Positions 1 to 11,403 of a DNA stretch of 64,000 nucleotides are shown in pieces. Made by a program: the position numbers and the translations under genes. Location: assembly GCA_003971905.1 (NCBI GenBank), contig RSEE01000012.1:124001-188000 (forward strand). The letters are read 5' to 3'. How positions within the stretch are numbered: the stretch's first letter is position 1; every line of letters begins with the position of its first letter. A model generated the notes under the pieces. That model did no database searches. It had not been told where the DNA came from and saw only the letters and a program-made list of their open reading frames with translations. This DNA is from Moniliella sp. 'wahieum' (Eukaryota).

Positions 1-545
1 GTCCCATGGTATGGGACAAGGACGGTCTGTCGGCGATTGTGGCTCTGGCAGAGTTGCAGCCAAGTTGGACGGAGGGAGGCAAGACGTTGTGGGATCAGCT
101 GGAGAGCTTGCACCGTCGTTTGGCGTGAGCATTACCTTGCCTCGCACATTCATTTGGCACCGGGTAGTTAAAGGCGGGGATCTGATGGTCAAGCTGCGCA
201 AGGAACTGCCCACCAACGTCGGTGGCCACCCTGTGTCCTCATCTCCGACTACTAACAACCCAAGCAATCCTACCGACCGCACACCATTCCCAAAAAACGA
301 TGTGTTGCGCTTCTACTTTGCCGATGCCACTTACCCCGCTAACTACCGCGTCCAAAGAGGAGATGCACTCAACGCACCCCGCATCATCATCCGTCCTCGG
401 GAACCGAACCCAAGGTCAAAATCTACACGGAGAAGATCGACCAACTGTTGCCTGGCGAGAGCTACGACGAGGCTGTGGCGCGCGTCACCAAGGACTTGCA
501 AGGTTGGTCGATGCTTTCTTTACGTTTGCTACGAGCTGTGAAACG
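1..545 (+). CDS. Phosphoglucomutase/phosphopentomutase family (PGM2-like), C-terminal part; truncated by window start and frameshifted
   Basis: Across frames: VWDKDGLSAIVALAEL near 9-56 and IIIRP(S)GTEPKVKIYTE near 382-432, both hallmark alpha-D-phosphohexomutase motifs. 3' end approximate. Confidence 0.85.
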
Positions 546-1103
546 GAACGAGGCGCGGGATGCGGGATGCGGGATGCGGGACCCCCTCCCCCAACTCCTC
601 CTTCCCCCTCGCCAAGGCGGACCGAGGAAATGCATGTCCGGTCGTCGGTTCCTCGGGGATCTAGAGGTGCCTGTGTCCACGCGTCCCCGAACCGTGTCGG
701 TTCCGGTTCCTGCCCCCTTGGGAGAAGGACAAAAAAAAGCATGAAAAGATGGAAAATTGTCGAGTAGCCGTCCCTGGTCATGATCACGATGATCATGATG
801 ACCATGATGTCGTTGTGACATGTGATGCACGTAGAGGTAAACGTGGGCACCTTGTCTCTGTTTCGGGCGAGGATCAGACTATACTTATGAGGATCTCGAT
901 GATCGGAGATGAATGGATAGACAATAGGTTTGTGCCGACGGAAGGGCCATCAATGTGGGAGCTAGTGCGACGAGCAAGGAGGGTCGATGATTGAAGGTTG
1001 AAGTGTGCATGGATGAGGAGACGGGAGAACGGAGGGGAAGAGGGACGGGGGGACAGGGGGAGGGGAGGGGAAGAAAGCTGCTATAGTACCCCGGCCAGCA
1101 GCC

Positions 1104-2027
1104 TCACAGGGCCGAGCGAGCACTGCGTTTGGCCGCCTTGTTCTCGCCCCTGCGTACTTTTTGCTCCTTGGTACGCTTCTTGTGCGCCTGGGCCAGACGG
1201 TGCACCTTGACCAACTTTTCGTCGTCCGTGTGCGATGGCAAGCCTGCCCTGGCCACCTGGAGCAGATGCGCCTGGATACGCGCAAGTGCCACACGCAAAT
1301 TCGCATGCTGCGACCGACTGTCTTGCGCATCAAAGTTAATGCTATGAGACGACGACAACGTAGTGCGCACCGCTCCGCAGCACAAGTGCCTTGACCACCG
1401 TCGCGGGCAGCCATGCAGGGGGACGCACAAGCCGAGCCAAGGTGGAACTGGGGAGAGCGTTGCTGCTCGCTGTGTCTCCAGAGCACGACGCGCATCAGGC
1501 GAAAGTGACGCGCAGTGGATAACGGAAGGACTACCTGCGCCTTGGACCGGGTCTTGTTGACGTGCTGCCCACCAGGACCGGAGGAGTACACGTACCCGAC
1601 GCGGATGCCCTTGGTGGTCATCAGCGCCTGCGGCGCCCGGCGTGTCCCATTCCTCCGCCTCCAACGACGCGAGGAAATCACGGCGCTGGGCCAGGTCGGG
1701 CGGACGCTCCCACGGCCATCCTTGCTGGTGCGACAGGCGCGAGGCCTGGTCGCGCTGGGCCACGGCCACGCTGGGCTCGGCGCGCGGCTTGGGCTTGGTG
1801 CAAGGCCGCGTGGTGTGGAGCGTGCGCGTGCGGAAGGACGCACCTGCTGCGCCGCGCGGCACACAGCCACACACACGTGCACACGGCCAGGACGCCACGA
1901 CGCTCGGCCCCAAGCGCACGGCGGCGGGCGGAGGAGCGTGGAGACGCACATCGCCGACGAGCTGGCTGCGGCACACGCGAGCGGCCGTCCAGGAAGGCCG
2001 AGCGGCCACGGCGCGCACACTGAACAT
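1104..2027 (-). CDS. Mitochondrial peptidyl-tRNA hydrolase / codon-independent release factor (ICT1/Pth4-like, RF-1 domain)
   Basis: YSSGPGGQHVNKTRSKA (GGQ motif), DSRSQHANLRVAL, a basic C-terminal tail KKRTKEQKVRRGENKAAKR, and an Arg-rich presequence-like N-terminus. Frameshifts lie between the motifs. Confidence 0.85.
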   Translation of the reverse strand: MFSVRAVAARPSWTAARVCRSQLVGDVRLHAPPPAAVRLGPSVVASWPCARVCGCVPRGAAGASFRTRTLHTTRPCTKPKPRAEPSVAVAQRDQASRLSHQQGWPWERPPDLAQRRDFLASLEAEEWDTPGAAGADDHQGHPRRVRVLLRSWWAARQQDPVQGAGSPSVIHCASLSPDARRALETQRAATLSPVPPWLGLCVPLHGCPRRWSRHLCCGAVRTTLSSSHSINFDAQDSRSQHANLRVALARIQAHLLQVARAGLPSHTDDEKLVKVHRLAQAHKKRTKEQKVRRGENKAAKRSARSAL

Positions 2028-3605
2028 GAAACATAGCCCATGGCTGACTGCAATTGACGACGGACAAGCTGGTCACGTGCTGCTGATGTCATCCGGGCCT
2101 GGCAGAACCCCACAGGCCGCGACGAGGACTACTGGCATCGATCGATGGAGGTGGCGGTGCCAATGGATTGATGGGAGGGATGCCATACACCGCCGGCGCG
2201 TCTACACTACGGGCGGGGACACGTGCACCGCTCCTCGACGGGCACTGCGGCCATGACTTGGTCCTTGTGCAGCCCACAGCCTTTCCACGTCGTGTGCCCG
2301 CAGGCCGAGCCTGGGCCGCCGAGAAGAGGAGCGAGAAGCGAAAGGAATGCGCAAGCAGAGCCATGAGGCATGAGGCACGAGGAATGATTAATGATTAGCC
2401 ATACTCGATACGCAGCAACAACAAGAGCAAGACCACGCAAGCCCACTGCCTGACCACAACCACAGCGGCGAGACCAGCGGACGGGAGGGAGCAACGTACA
2501 GCGAACAGGCACGCAGGTGGTGACGGGGGTCGGGGCCGTGGCGCGCATCGGCTGCGAGTGGTGGGGGAGGAGAGTCTGGGGGGTAAGCGGTAAACACTAA
2601 AAACGGTAAGCGGTAAGCGGAGGCGGGGCAACGAGGTGTGCGGGCCAACGGGCGGGCGGCTGTACCCTGCTGTGCACAAACCAAGCAGAGAGTGAAAGAA
2701 AAAAAAAGTCGCCGATGACGTGCTGTGGTTGGTCCATTTCGTAACACGGCCAACTATGGATAGATCGACGGTAGCTTCAATGTAGCTTGAAGCTTGAAGC
2801 TTGACGCGCTTGACGGCGCAAGTACCCTTGTAGCGCCCATACGTATCTTCGGGGGCTCAGCGCGCGCTCAGACACTTGGTATTCGCGCGCCGTAAGCAGT
2901 ACTTCTCTTTGAGGCTACTTGACACGACTTGAGTACGCAGGGCCTCCGGCTGCTTCCTCGAGGTGCCATGGAACGATATTAAGGGCAGACCGCACCTCCG
3001 CGCCGGCCCGGTACGGTGAGTGCAAAGGGGGGAAGCTTCGCTCTCTTCCTGCCCGTCACCGGCGTAATAGGGATCAGCCTGAGCGGCGGCGGCGGCCTCA
3101 GTGGCAGTGGTTCAAGATGTGGCGGTGGTGGGTTTTGTGGGCGGCAGCGGCGTCAAAAGGTAGTTTGGTCGGGTCTAAGACGAGATATGCAATGCATGCA
3201 CATCTGATCGATCTGGGAGATGCTGATCGTTGATCGAGATCATTCATTATTGATGAGATCTGATCCCAGCCCTGCTGAGGCTTAGTCGAACGTTGAACTC
3301 AACGTTGACGAGGCTGGGCTTACGTTGAGCACATACTCCAACTGCGTAGGTTGAGCTACGATACAAGATACATGTGCATGACTGGCTATGAGATATGATG
3401 AGTTGAAGACTGGGCCGCCCCCTGCAGGCCTGGGCTCGGCCTCGGGCGCTGAGGGTTGAGGACGTTGAGGGCTGAGGGACGCACGGACGGTAGCGCGGGA
3501 GGTCGAGGCGGGGATGTTGCCCCAGTGAAAGTGAAATTCCAGTAGAGTAGAGCGAGGGCAAGCAAAGTAGAACGCAAGCAGAGTGCAAAGGGCAAAACAC
3601 GCATG

Positions 3606-3644
3606 GAGCGAGAGAGAGAGCGAGAAGAGAGGGAGAGAGGGAGG

Positions 3645-3705
<61 letters not shown>
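3606..3705. repeat. (AG)n microsatellite, followed by GCACA(G)-type short repeats to ~3805
   Basis: Directly visible ~100 bp AG dinucleotide tract. Confidence 0.95.
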
Positions 3706-3995
3706 TAGGTGGATGCAAAAGCACAGTCGGCGCAGCACACAGGACATCACTTACAGCAAGCACAGCACAGCACAACACAGCACAAGGCACACAGCACAGG
3801 GCACACGGCCCAGGACAGAGGGAAGAGTAGGACCACAGTGAACGGGAACACCCCGTGCGGGGACGCAAAGGGTCACAGTGGGGTCACAGTGTACAGCCAG
3901 ACCTGCACCAACGGGTGTACTGCAAAGGGGGAAGAGGTGTGGTGGTGTTGGGAGGGGACGAGGGAACGATCGGGAACGGGGGAACAGTTGCCACC

Positions 3996-6900
3996 TCAAA
4001 TCTGCCCTAGCACGTCAGTATTTCCCGAAACGAGAAACGAGCAACTAAAGGGAGATACGATACCAGACCAAAACAAGGAAAGAAAAAAAACGTACCTGAG
4101 CTTCATCCAAATCTGCTTGGCCAGGACTTGGTACTGCCACGCATCGCCTGCGATCCGTCGTACCTGTACCCCGGACACACCAACAAACGGGACCTTGACC
4201 ACGCCCAACTCAAATTGCACCGCCAGCTCCTCCAGCGCAGCAGGCGTGATGGCAGAGGCCGGAGGAGACAACGGCGTGCTAGGCACACTGCTCTTGCTCT
4301 TGTTCTTGTTCTTGCTTGTCCCCACACCCCGCTCGACATCCAATGACGCCGCGACGCAGCACCCAAAACGCTCCTTTCCACTTCGGCGTTCGCAGTGGCA
4401 TCGGCATCGGCGGGTGCGGGTGGCGGTGGGGCTGGCATCAGGGTGGGGGTTGGGATGGCCGGAGCCGGTAGCCGAAGGCAGCGCGCAATCGACGGTTGGT
4501 ACCGACACACAAACCCGCCTGGAACAAGGGAGTATTGGACTGACATACGGGTCAAGGTAGCTGCCAGCAGCGCCTGGATCTGCGCTGGCGACTTGGTCGA
4601 TGTCGCCGACACACTCAGCAAGCCTCGAAGAAAGACTGGCTTGGCTTCCGTCCCATAGGGCGCTGGGTCCTCCGCTTGCTTGCCCTCGTGCCCCTCTTTG
4701 CTGAGCTCCTGGTCGTCTTTGGCCTCTTTGGCCTCCTTGGTTCTTTAGTTTCTTTGGTTTCTTCCCGCTCTTCCCGCTCCTCGGGCGTATCCCCAAACGG
4801 CAAGATGGACCGAGACACGAACGCACCAACTTTTTCAACGTCGATACCTTATCCCCTGCGCTGGGTGCAGACGCAGGCGCAGTCGCAGCCGCAGCCGCAG
4901 TCGCAGGCGCAGCCGCGGGCTTGGACGACGACGACGACGGACCCGGCGCACGAGCACCCGAAAACGTAGTGACCTCTGGGTCGTCCGGGTCGTCGGTGGA
5001 ACGCATGACAATCGGCGGCGCCTCAGCACGCTGACGTACAACATGCGACGATCCCCGTGGCGGCGCAGCAGTGGAGACGGATCGGTTGTGCATCGAGGCA
5101 GCTCGGCGCGGCGGCGTAATACCTAACAACATAGGATCATGATCCACTTGCAACGATGGTGCTGACGTACGGTCTTCCCCCGCCACCTGTCCCTGTTGAT
5201 GCCCTGTCCCTGTTGCGGCCGATGTCGATGTGGTTCCTGATGTCCCGAATGCTCCCGAGGGCGAAGGGACAGTGGACAAGGCTGTCCCTGTCCCGCCCCA
5301 CCACGAACCCAGTGTCAGACCCCGCGCGTGCCGCCCGCCCGAAGCCGAGGCCGAAGACGACGACCGGCTGCGGTTCAAATTCGGCGAAGCAAGGGGGAAA
5401 ATGTGGTGGGATGGCGCGGGTGACCAAACGAGCTACGCGACGCATTGGACAACGATGTTCGAGGGTTACCATCGGACGGCGCTAGTGCGCTGCCCCCAGG
5501 CGATAAGGGCAATGGTACAGGAAGCCCCATCATCCCCGTACCAGAACTAGAGAGAAGCGTATGTTCCAACGCTGTGCCCCCGTCGCGCAGACGCGGTGGA
5601 CCACGCATCTCCCCGACCGGACGCGAACGGTCACGGTAGTCCTGGTCAAATACCGGTACCCGCACCGAGGCTGGCGAGTAGGGCCGAATGGACGCATCGG
5701 TCGTAGCGCTCTCCTCACTCCCGCGCTCTCGATCCCGCTCTCGCCTTCCCACCCTAACGGACGAGAAGACGTACTAGCACGACCAAGCAGTGTCGTAGTC
5801 AACGTATCTGTGCTCCCGGCCGGACTGATCGAGGACCCCAACTCTTCCTCTCGTTTCGCACCTAGCGTCAGCCCGCGCACAAGGTGTAGCAGGAATGGTA
5901 ATCCCCACATCGCCTAGACCTGAGGCCATGCCCGGCATCTCCAGCCCACGGGACCAACGCATGGTCTCGGGTGGGCGCTGGGGCACGGGAAGGCCCCATC
6001 CCGGTGCCCGCGCGGGCGCAGAGGGCTTGGACTTGGAGTTGGAGCTGGGGTTGGACTGCGAATGGGAATGGAATGGGCATGGGAAGTGGAAGTCCGACAC
6101 GGCTGAACTCCCCACACCCCGCTCGTCGAGGTACTCGAGGGAATATCCGCCGCCGTAGGCATCGAACTACCCGGTTCCGCCTTGCCCGCCGCCAGGGACA
6201 AAGTGGATCCGCTCCCCCGGGATCCACAGCGAAGCATCCGCAACAACGGGGGGAGGCTCTTGCTGTTCCTCTCGTTCCAGCTTTTCTCGTACGGTAGGTA
6301 GTAGATACTGATCATGGGATGGAAGCCGGCGGTAGGGTCGAGCGTGCCAGGGTCGGGCGGAGGTAGTTCCCCATCGTCCGGCGGGATGGGATGGCCCTGC
6401 TCGGTCCGGCCTACTTGGGGGTTCCCCACTGGTCGAGGAGCTGGAGGACGCGGTGGGTCACGCGGCGCAATGGTCAGACTATCGGGCCCCATACTCTTGC
6501 CACGTTGGTTGTCCCATCCGGCCAAGGTGGCAAGGTACGTGTCGGAGGTGAGGATCTCAATTAGTTTCCGCTCAATCTCCTCAGCGTCACCAAATGCGAA
6601 CCCTTGCATGTGCCGAATCACGTTCTTGTCCAGCTCCTCGGGCCGGAGCGGCACGGGCGGAATGTGCGTGTCCAGCTCCGCATCGTGCCCGTTGGCTGTG
6701 AGGAAAGGATGGGCACTCACTTCAGACAGAGTCGCACGCTTGCGTGGGTCCACAGTCAACATTCGACTCAGTACGTGCCGACACTCGCTCGATAGGTGCG
6801 ACGGGTATTGCACTTGACCTTGCTGATCAGTTTGTGCAACACAGCAATAGATGGATCATCAAATGGTACCCGGCCGGCAACCAAGACAAACAGTACCACA

Positions 6901-8372
6901 CCAGCGACCACACGTCTACCTCTGGCCCCACGTACGGCCGCGCACGCAGCAGCTCCGGCGCAGCAAAGTAGAGCGAGCCACAAAAGGTGCGAAGGGCGCG
7001 GTGGGGAGACCACAAGTTGGCCAGACCAAAATCGACGAGTTTCAGGTGACCTTGGTCCGAAAGGAGAATGTTTTCAATCTTGAGATCACGATGGACCACA
7101 TTGTTGGCGTGCAGATAGCGCAGGCCGAGGTGAGTTGGCGCGCAAATTTGCGAGCCATCTTTTCCCGCAGTCGCCATGGGCGATGATGTAGTCCAGCAAC
7201 TGACCGCCCGAGACAAACTCCTCAACGAGATAGAAAAGTGAGGCTGGACAATAAGCTCGCGCACACCGCACACGTACGGATGGTAGAGCAGGAGTTGCAG
7301 ACTACCTTCCCTCATCGCACGCAGCTCTTCGCCGCATCCTTCTCGCGCGCTTTGACCAGGGCCGAGTGAGGCGGCGAGGCCACTCGCCATCCTCGAGGAT
7401 CTCGCCCTCGGGTCCAATCTGCGGAGGAGGCGCGTCGTCGGCCGAAACGGCGCCGGGGCGGCCCACTGACGGGTGTGCGACGACGAGCCTGCTCATACAG
7501 CGCGCCGACGGTCGTGTGCCGCGGCACCATCTTGATCGCGACCCTTTCGTTGGACGCGGCCACGGTGGCAAGTTTCACCTTTCCCATGCCCTGGCCTAAG
7601 GTTTTGCCCAGGACATAGCCCTTGAGCACCCGCTTCGGCGCTTCTCCCGTGTCCGTTCCCGCTCCACCTCGGCGGCCGTAGAAGTAGGCCCATCTACACC
7701 GACATAGCCCTCGGGGAGGGGGAGGGGGCGAATCTGGGTCGGCGGCAGTAGGGGCGGCAGGTGGTGGTGGGGGCGAGGGTGGCTGTGGCTGGGGGCGCGG
7801 CAGGGAGCCAGTGTGCACTCGGGCGAGGTAGGGGTGATGGACACGGTGGGTGTGTGATGGGTGTGGGGGGGGTGGGGGCGGGGTAAGGGGCGAGGAAGCG
7901 GCGGTGGGCATCGTCGACGCCGAGGGAGCCGAAGATGTGGCGAGGGCGGCGGTGGACTGGACCTGGTCGTCCTGTGCGGCGGTGGACTGGGCCTGGTCGT
8001 CTCGGGCAGCGGAGGGGGGGTGGTCAGCCTGGGCAGCGACGGGGGGATGTTCGAGGTGGCGGGTGGAGCGGTCGGCATCCGGGTGGAGGCAGACAGGTTG
8101 AGGCGTTCCTGTTCCTCTCCTGTTCGGCGGCGGTGGGCGGAGGGGCATGCGGGGGGAGGGCGGAAGGTGGCTCTGGCGATGGCTCTGACGACGGCGGGGG
8201 GGAAGGATGGGCAGGCGGATGGGCAGGCGGATGGGCAGGCGGATGGGCAGGCGGATGGGCAGGCGGATGGGACATGCTGGCCAGCGCGCCGGCCAAGGGA
8301 GGTGGTGGAGGTGGAGGTGATGGAGGTGGGTGGAGATGGGGGTGGAGGTGGTGGTGCAGGTGGAGTCTGCAT
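3996..8372 (-). CDS. KIN1: Kin1/Kin2 (MARK/PAR-1 family) Ser/Thr kinase with C-terminal KA1 domain
   Basis: GKTLGQG-MGKVKLA, VAIK, HRDLKIENILL, DFGLAN, LRTFCGSLYFAAPELL, GPEVDVWS; DPTAGFHPMISIYYL; KA1 domain VQFELGVVKVPFVGVSGVQVRRIAGDAWQYQVLAKQI; GTACGT donor near 4097 for a terminal intron. Many frameshifts; start could instead be the ATG at ~8275. Confidence 0.9.
8205..8271. repeat. 12-bp tandem repeat (GGATGGGCAGGC) x5.5 in the 5' coding region of the Kin1-like gene
   Basis: Visible perfect repeat; the minus strand reads (PPAH)n or (PSAC)n depending on frame. Confidence 0.95.
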
Positions 8373-8572
8373 GCGGGCGCGGCGGGCCGCTGGGCTGACG
8401 TCAGCAGGTGGGAGAAGGTTGAACTGTTCACGTGACGAAGGCTCTGCGCTGCGCGTCTGTCTGTCTGCACTGCAATGTTCAAATTAACAGGGAGCTACTA
8501 AGGTCTAAACGTTAAACACTGGCTTTGGCTTTGGCTTTGCCTGAGCCTCAGCCTCAGCCGGACTGGTTCGGA

Positions 8573-11034
8573 TTATCGATTATCGCGGGGCCAATGTAAC
8601 CTCCCACTCCCACTCCCACTCCCACTCACAGCTTGGGCGGACGGCGGATCGACAGGCCCAGGGCCAACGCCACGATCGCCACGCGGTCCCGCGGCGGCGT
8701 CGATGCGTTTCTGGATCGACTGTCCCGCGCCGTGTCCTGCGTCCGTCTCGACGCGGAGCAGGATCGGGTTGGGGTGGCGGCAGGCGGTGTGCAGCTCAGC
8801 AGCGAGCTTGAACGAGTGCGCCGGTACCACCCGGTCGTCGTGGTCCGCACACTCGAGCAGGAACGTCGGGTACGCACGCGACTGCACATTGTGCAGCGGG
8901 AGTAGTGCGCAAGTAGTCAAAGTACTTGATATCGTCCGGATCGCCATAGTCGGACGTCCAGCCGTGCCCGATCGTCCAGAGGTGGAACTTGAGCATGTCC
9001 ATCACGCCCACTGCGCCCCACCCGCACCCACCCCGTGCTCCGGCTCGGCACGGTTCATGCATGCGCCCACGCCTAGCCCTCCATTCGACCCGCCGTACAG
9101 GATAATCTTGCCCTTGGCCGCGTGATTGTGCTCGTGCAGGTACTGCGCCGCGCCCAGCACATCGTCAAACGTGTTGGTCTTGTTGAGAAGACTGCCGGCT
9201 TCGTGCCACTCCTCCCCGTCTCCCGCCCCCGCGCGCATTCACCAGCGCGTACACGCCTCCGTAGTTGTACACCCACGACAGCAGCCACGGCGAGAAGGAC
9301 GGGCCGAGGGAGATGTTGAAGCCGCCGTAGAGGTAGAGGAACGCCGGCGCCGTGCCGTCGGTCGGCGTGTCCTTGTGCCGCGTGATAAAGAGCGAGACGC
9401 GGGTGCCGTCCTTGCTGGGAAAAACACTTGCTCACTCACAAACTCACTTGCATCCAGCGCAGGCACCTTGGTGGCCAGCCACTGCTCCTCGATCGGCTTG
9501 GTGCTCGCCGACGCGCCCTTGGGCCACGTCAGACGGTAAATCGTCGACGGCGAGATGAAGGAGGACGGGACACGTATGCCACATCGTCCTCCCGCTTGCC
9601 CACCAAGCCATCGATGGAACCGACAAAGTCGGGCAACAGCTGTGCCACACGCTTGCCACTCAGCTCGTACTGGTACATCTCCGACTTGACGTCGCGCGTG
9701 TACTGCAGCACCAGCTTGTCCCCGGCCACCACCACGGCGTCCTGCAGCGTTGCATCCTTTTCTTCCGGCACCACCTCGACCAACGGCAAACTCGCCGTCA
9801 GCTCCGTCACGTGCGCCGGGCTGGAAGCTTGGTTAAAGTCGACATCCGTGTAGACCACCTTGTACTTTTTGGCATCCTTGTTGGTCATCCAGTAAAAGCG
9901 CGTGCCTTCGTTCGCCACATAGCCCAGCAGGTAGTCGTACTCGCCGGCCACTGGCACCCACTTGAGCGGCTCGGTGGCCAGGTCGACGCCTTCCAGCGAC
10001 GCAAGCCACACCTTGTTGTACGACCCGGTATCCTTGGAGCTGCTGAGCACGACGTACTTGCCATCGTCGGTGATGGACGCGCTCCACATGGCCTCGGGCG
10101 TGGCAGGGTCCTTGGCGACGATCAAAATGTCCTCCGACTGCGGGGTGCCGAGGCGGTGGTACCACAGCTGCGCATTCACATTCGAATCCGTCTCGGTGCC
10201 CTTGTCGAGCTCGGCTTGGGCAGGCTTGGGGTAGGTCTGGTAAAAGACACCCTTGTCGTCGTGCGTCCAGCGGGCCGAGGAAAACTTGATGTCCTCCAAC
10301 ACGTCGTCCAGGCGGTCCGGCCCGCCGGTCGGGTCGTACTTGGCCGGCTGGCCGGCGGGGGTGGTGAAGGGCTGGTCAGTGCGGCGGAAGTAGATGGTTT
10401 GCCAGTCACTGCCGCTGTTGGAGATCATGTAGGCCACGTACTTGCCCGAGTGGGAAAAGGAGGTGGAGGACAGAGCAACGGTGCCCTTGGCGCTCAACAG
10501 GGAGCCATCAAACCAGGGCCGCCCGGGCGGGGTGGTCTGGTCGCCGGCCGGCACAGCATCGATCTCGGCCGGAGCAGCCTCGTAGATGGTGCTCTGCGGG
10601 TCGAGGCCGCTGTTGTAGTGGAGGTAGAACTTGCCGTTGTTCTTGCGGACGGGGACGCCGATGCGCGGGTAGGAGAAGGAGGCCTCGACGTGTTTCTTGA
10701 ACGTGTCGCGGTCGGGGTAGCGGTCAATGTAGGCCTGGGCAAAGGCGGCCTGGGCATCGACAAAGGCCTTGGTTTCGGCGCTGGTGGTGGAGGGCGTCTC
10801 GAGCCAGGCGTAGGGGTCGGGGACCCAGGTGGAGCCGTCGCCGCCGGTCTGGTCGGCGAGCTGCTGGGAGCGGTAGGTGCGGCCGAGCGTGTCGTCGCGG
10901 CGGGCGGGGGGGAAGGGGTGGGCGACGGGGTCCCAGGCGGGCGCGAAGGACGAGGACATGGCGCGGGTGGTGGTGGTGGAGAAAGGGAGAAGCGAGAGGA
11001 AGCGGGGGCGGGCCAGACGCAGGCAGATGCTCAT
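8573..11034 (-). CDS. Prolyl oligopeptidase (peptidase S9A)
   Basis: [10 protein letters not shown]-terminus, beta-propeller region ([21 protein letters not shown]), catalytic Ser GGSNGG, Asp [11 protein letters not shown], His DAGHGAG, and WTSDYGDPD. Frameshifted in the 3' half; 3' end approximate. Confidence 0.95.
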
Positions 11035-11403
11035 GGCTCGGTGGACCGCAGCCGACCAGCGTCGACAGCCGACTCAACCAACCACACGCCGCTGGGACGC
11101 GCGGTCGGCCCTCGCATGCGCACACACGCGCCGTGCCTGCACCCACGCCGAGCGATGGCGTGTCTTCTGGCCACCGCACATCACATGCACCCCATCACAT
11201 CCCACACCCTCCCGGCCCTCCATCCTCCACGTGGCGCGCAGCGGCGCTCAGCATGGTCCACCGGCTGCTTTCGGCTGTCCACTCGGCGCAGGTACGTACC
11301 ACCACGGCTTCGCCCCCCACGTGACCCCGCCCGCCGCCCATCGCGCACCCCATCCTGTCGAGTCACAGCATCCATCCATGAGCCCCCCCCCCCCACCACC
11401 GCC

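Noticed and set aside
554..810. (GCGGGAT)n and CATGAT-type repeats downstream of the PGM gene
   Set aside because: Short simple-sequence repeats, which are common throughout this genome.
3247..3868. ORFs with poly-LS or poly-ER
   Set aside because: Translations of the AG microsatellite.
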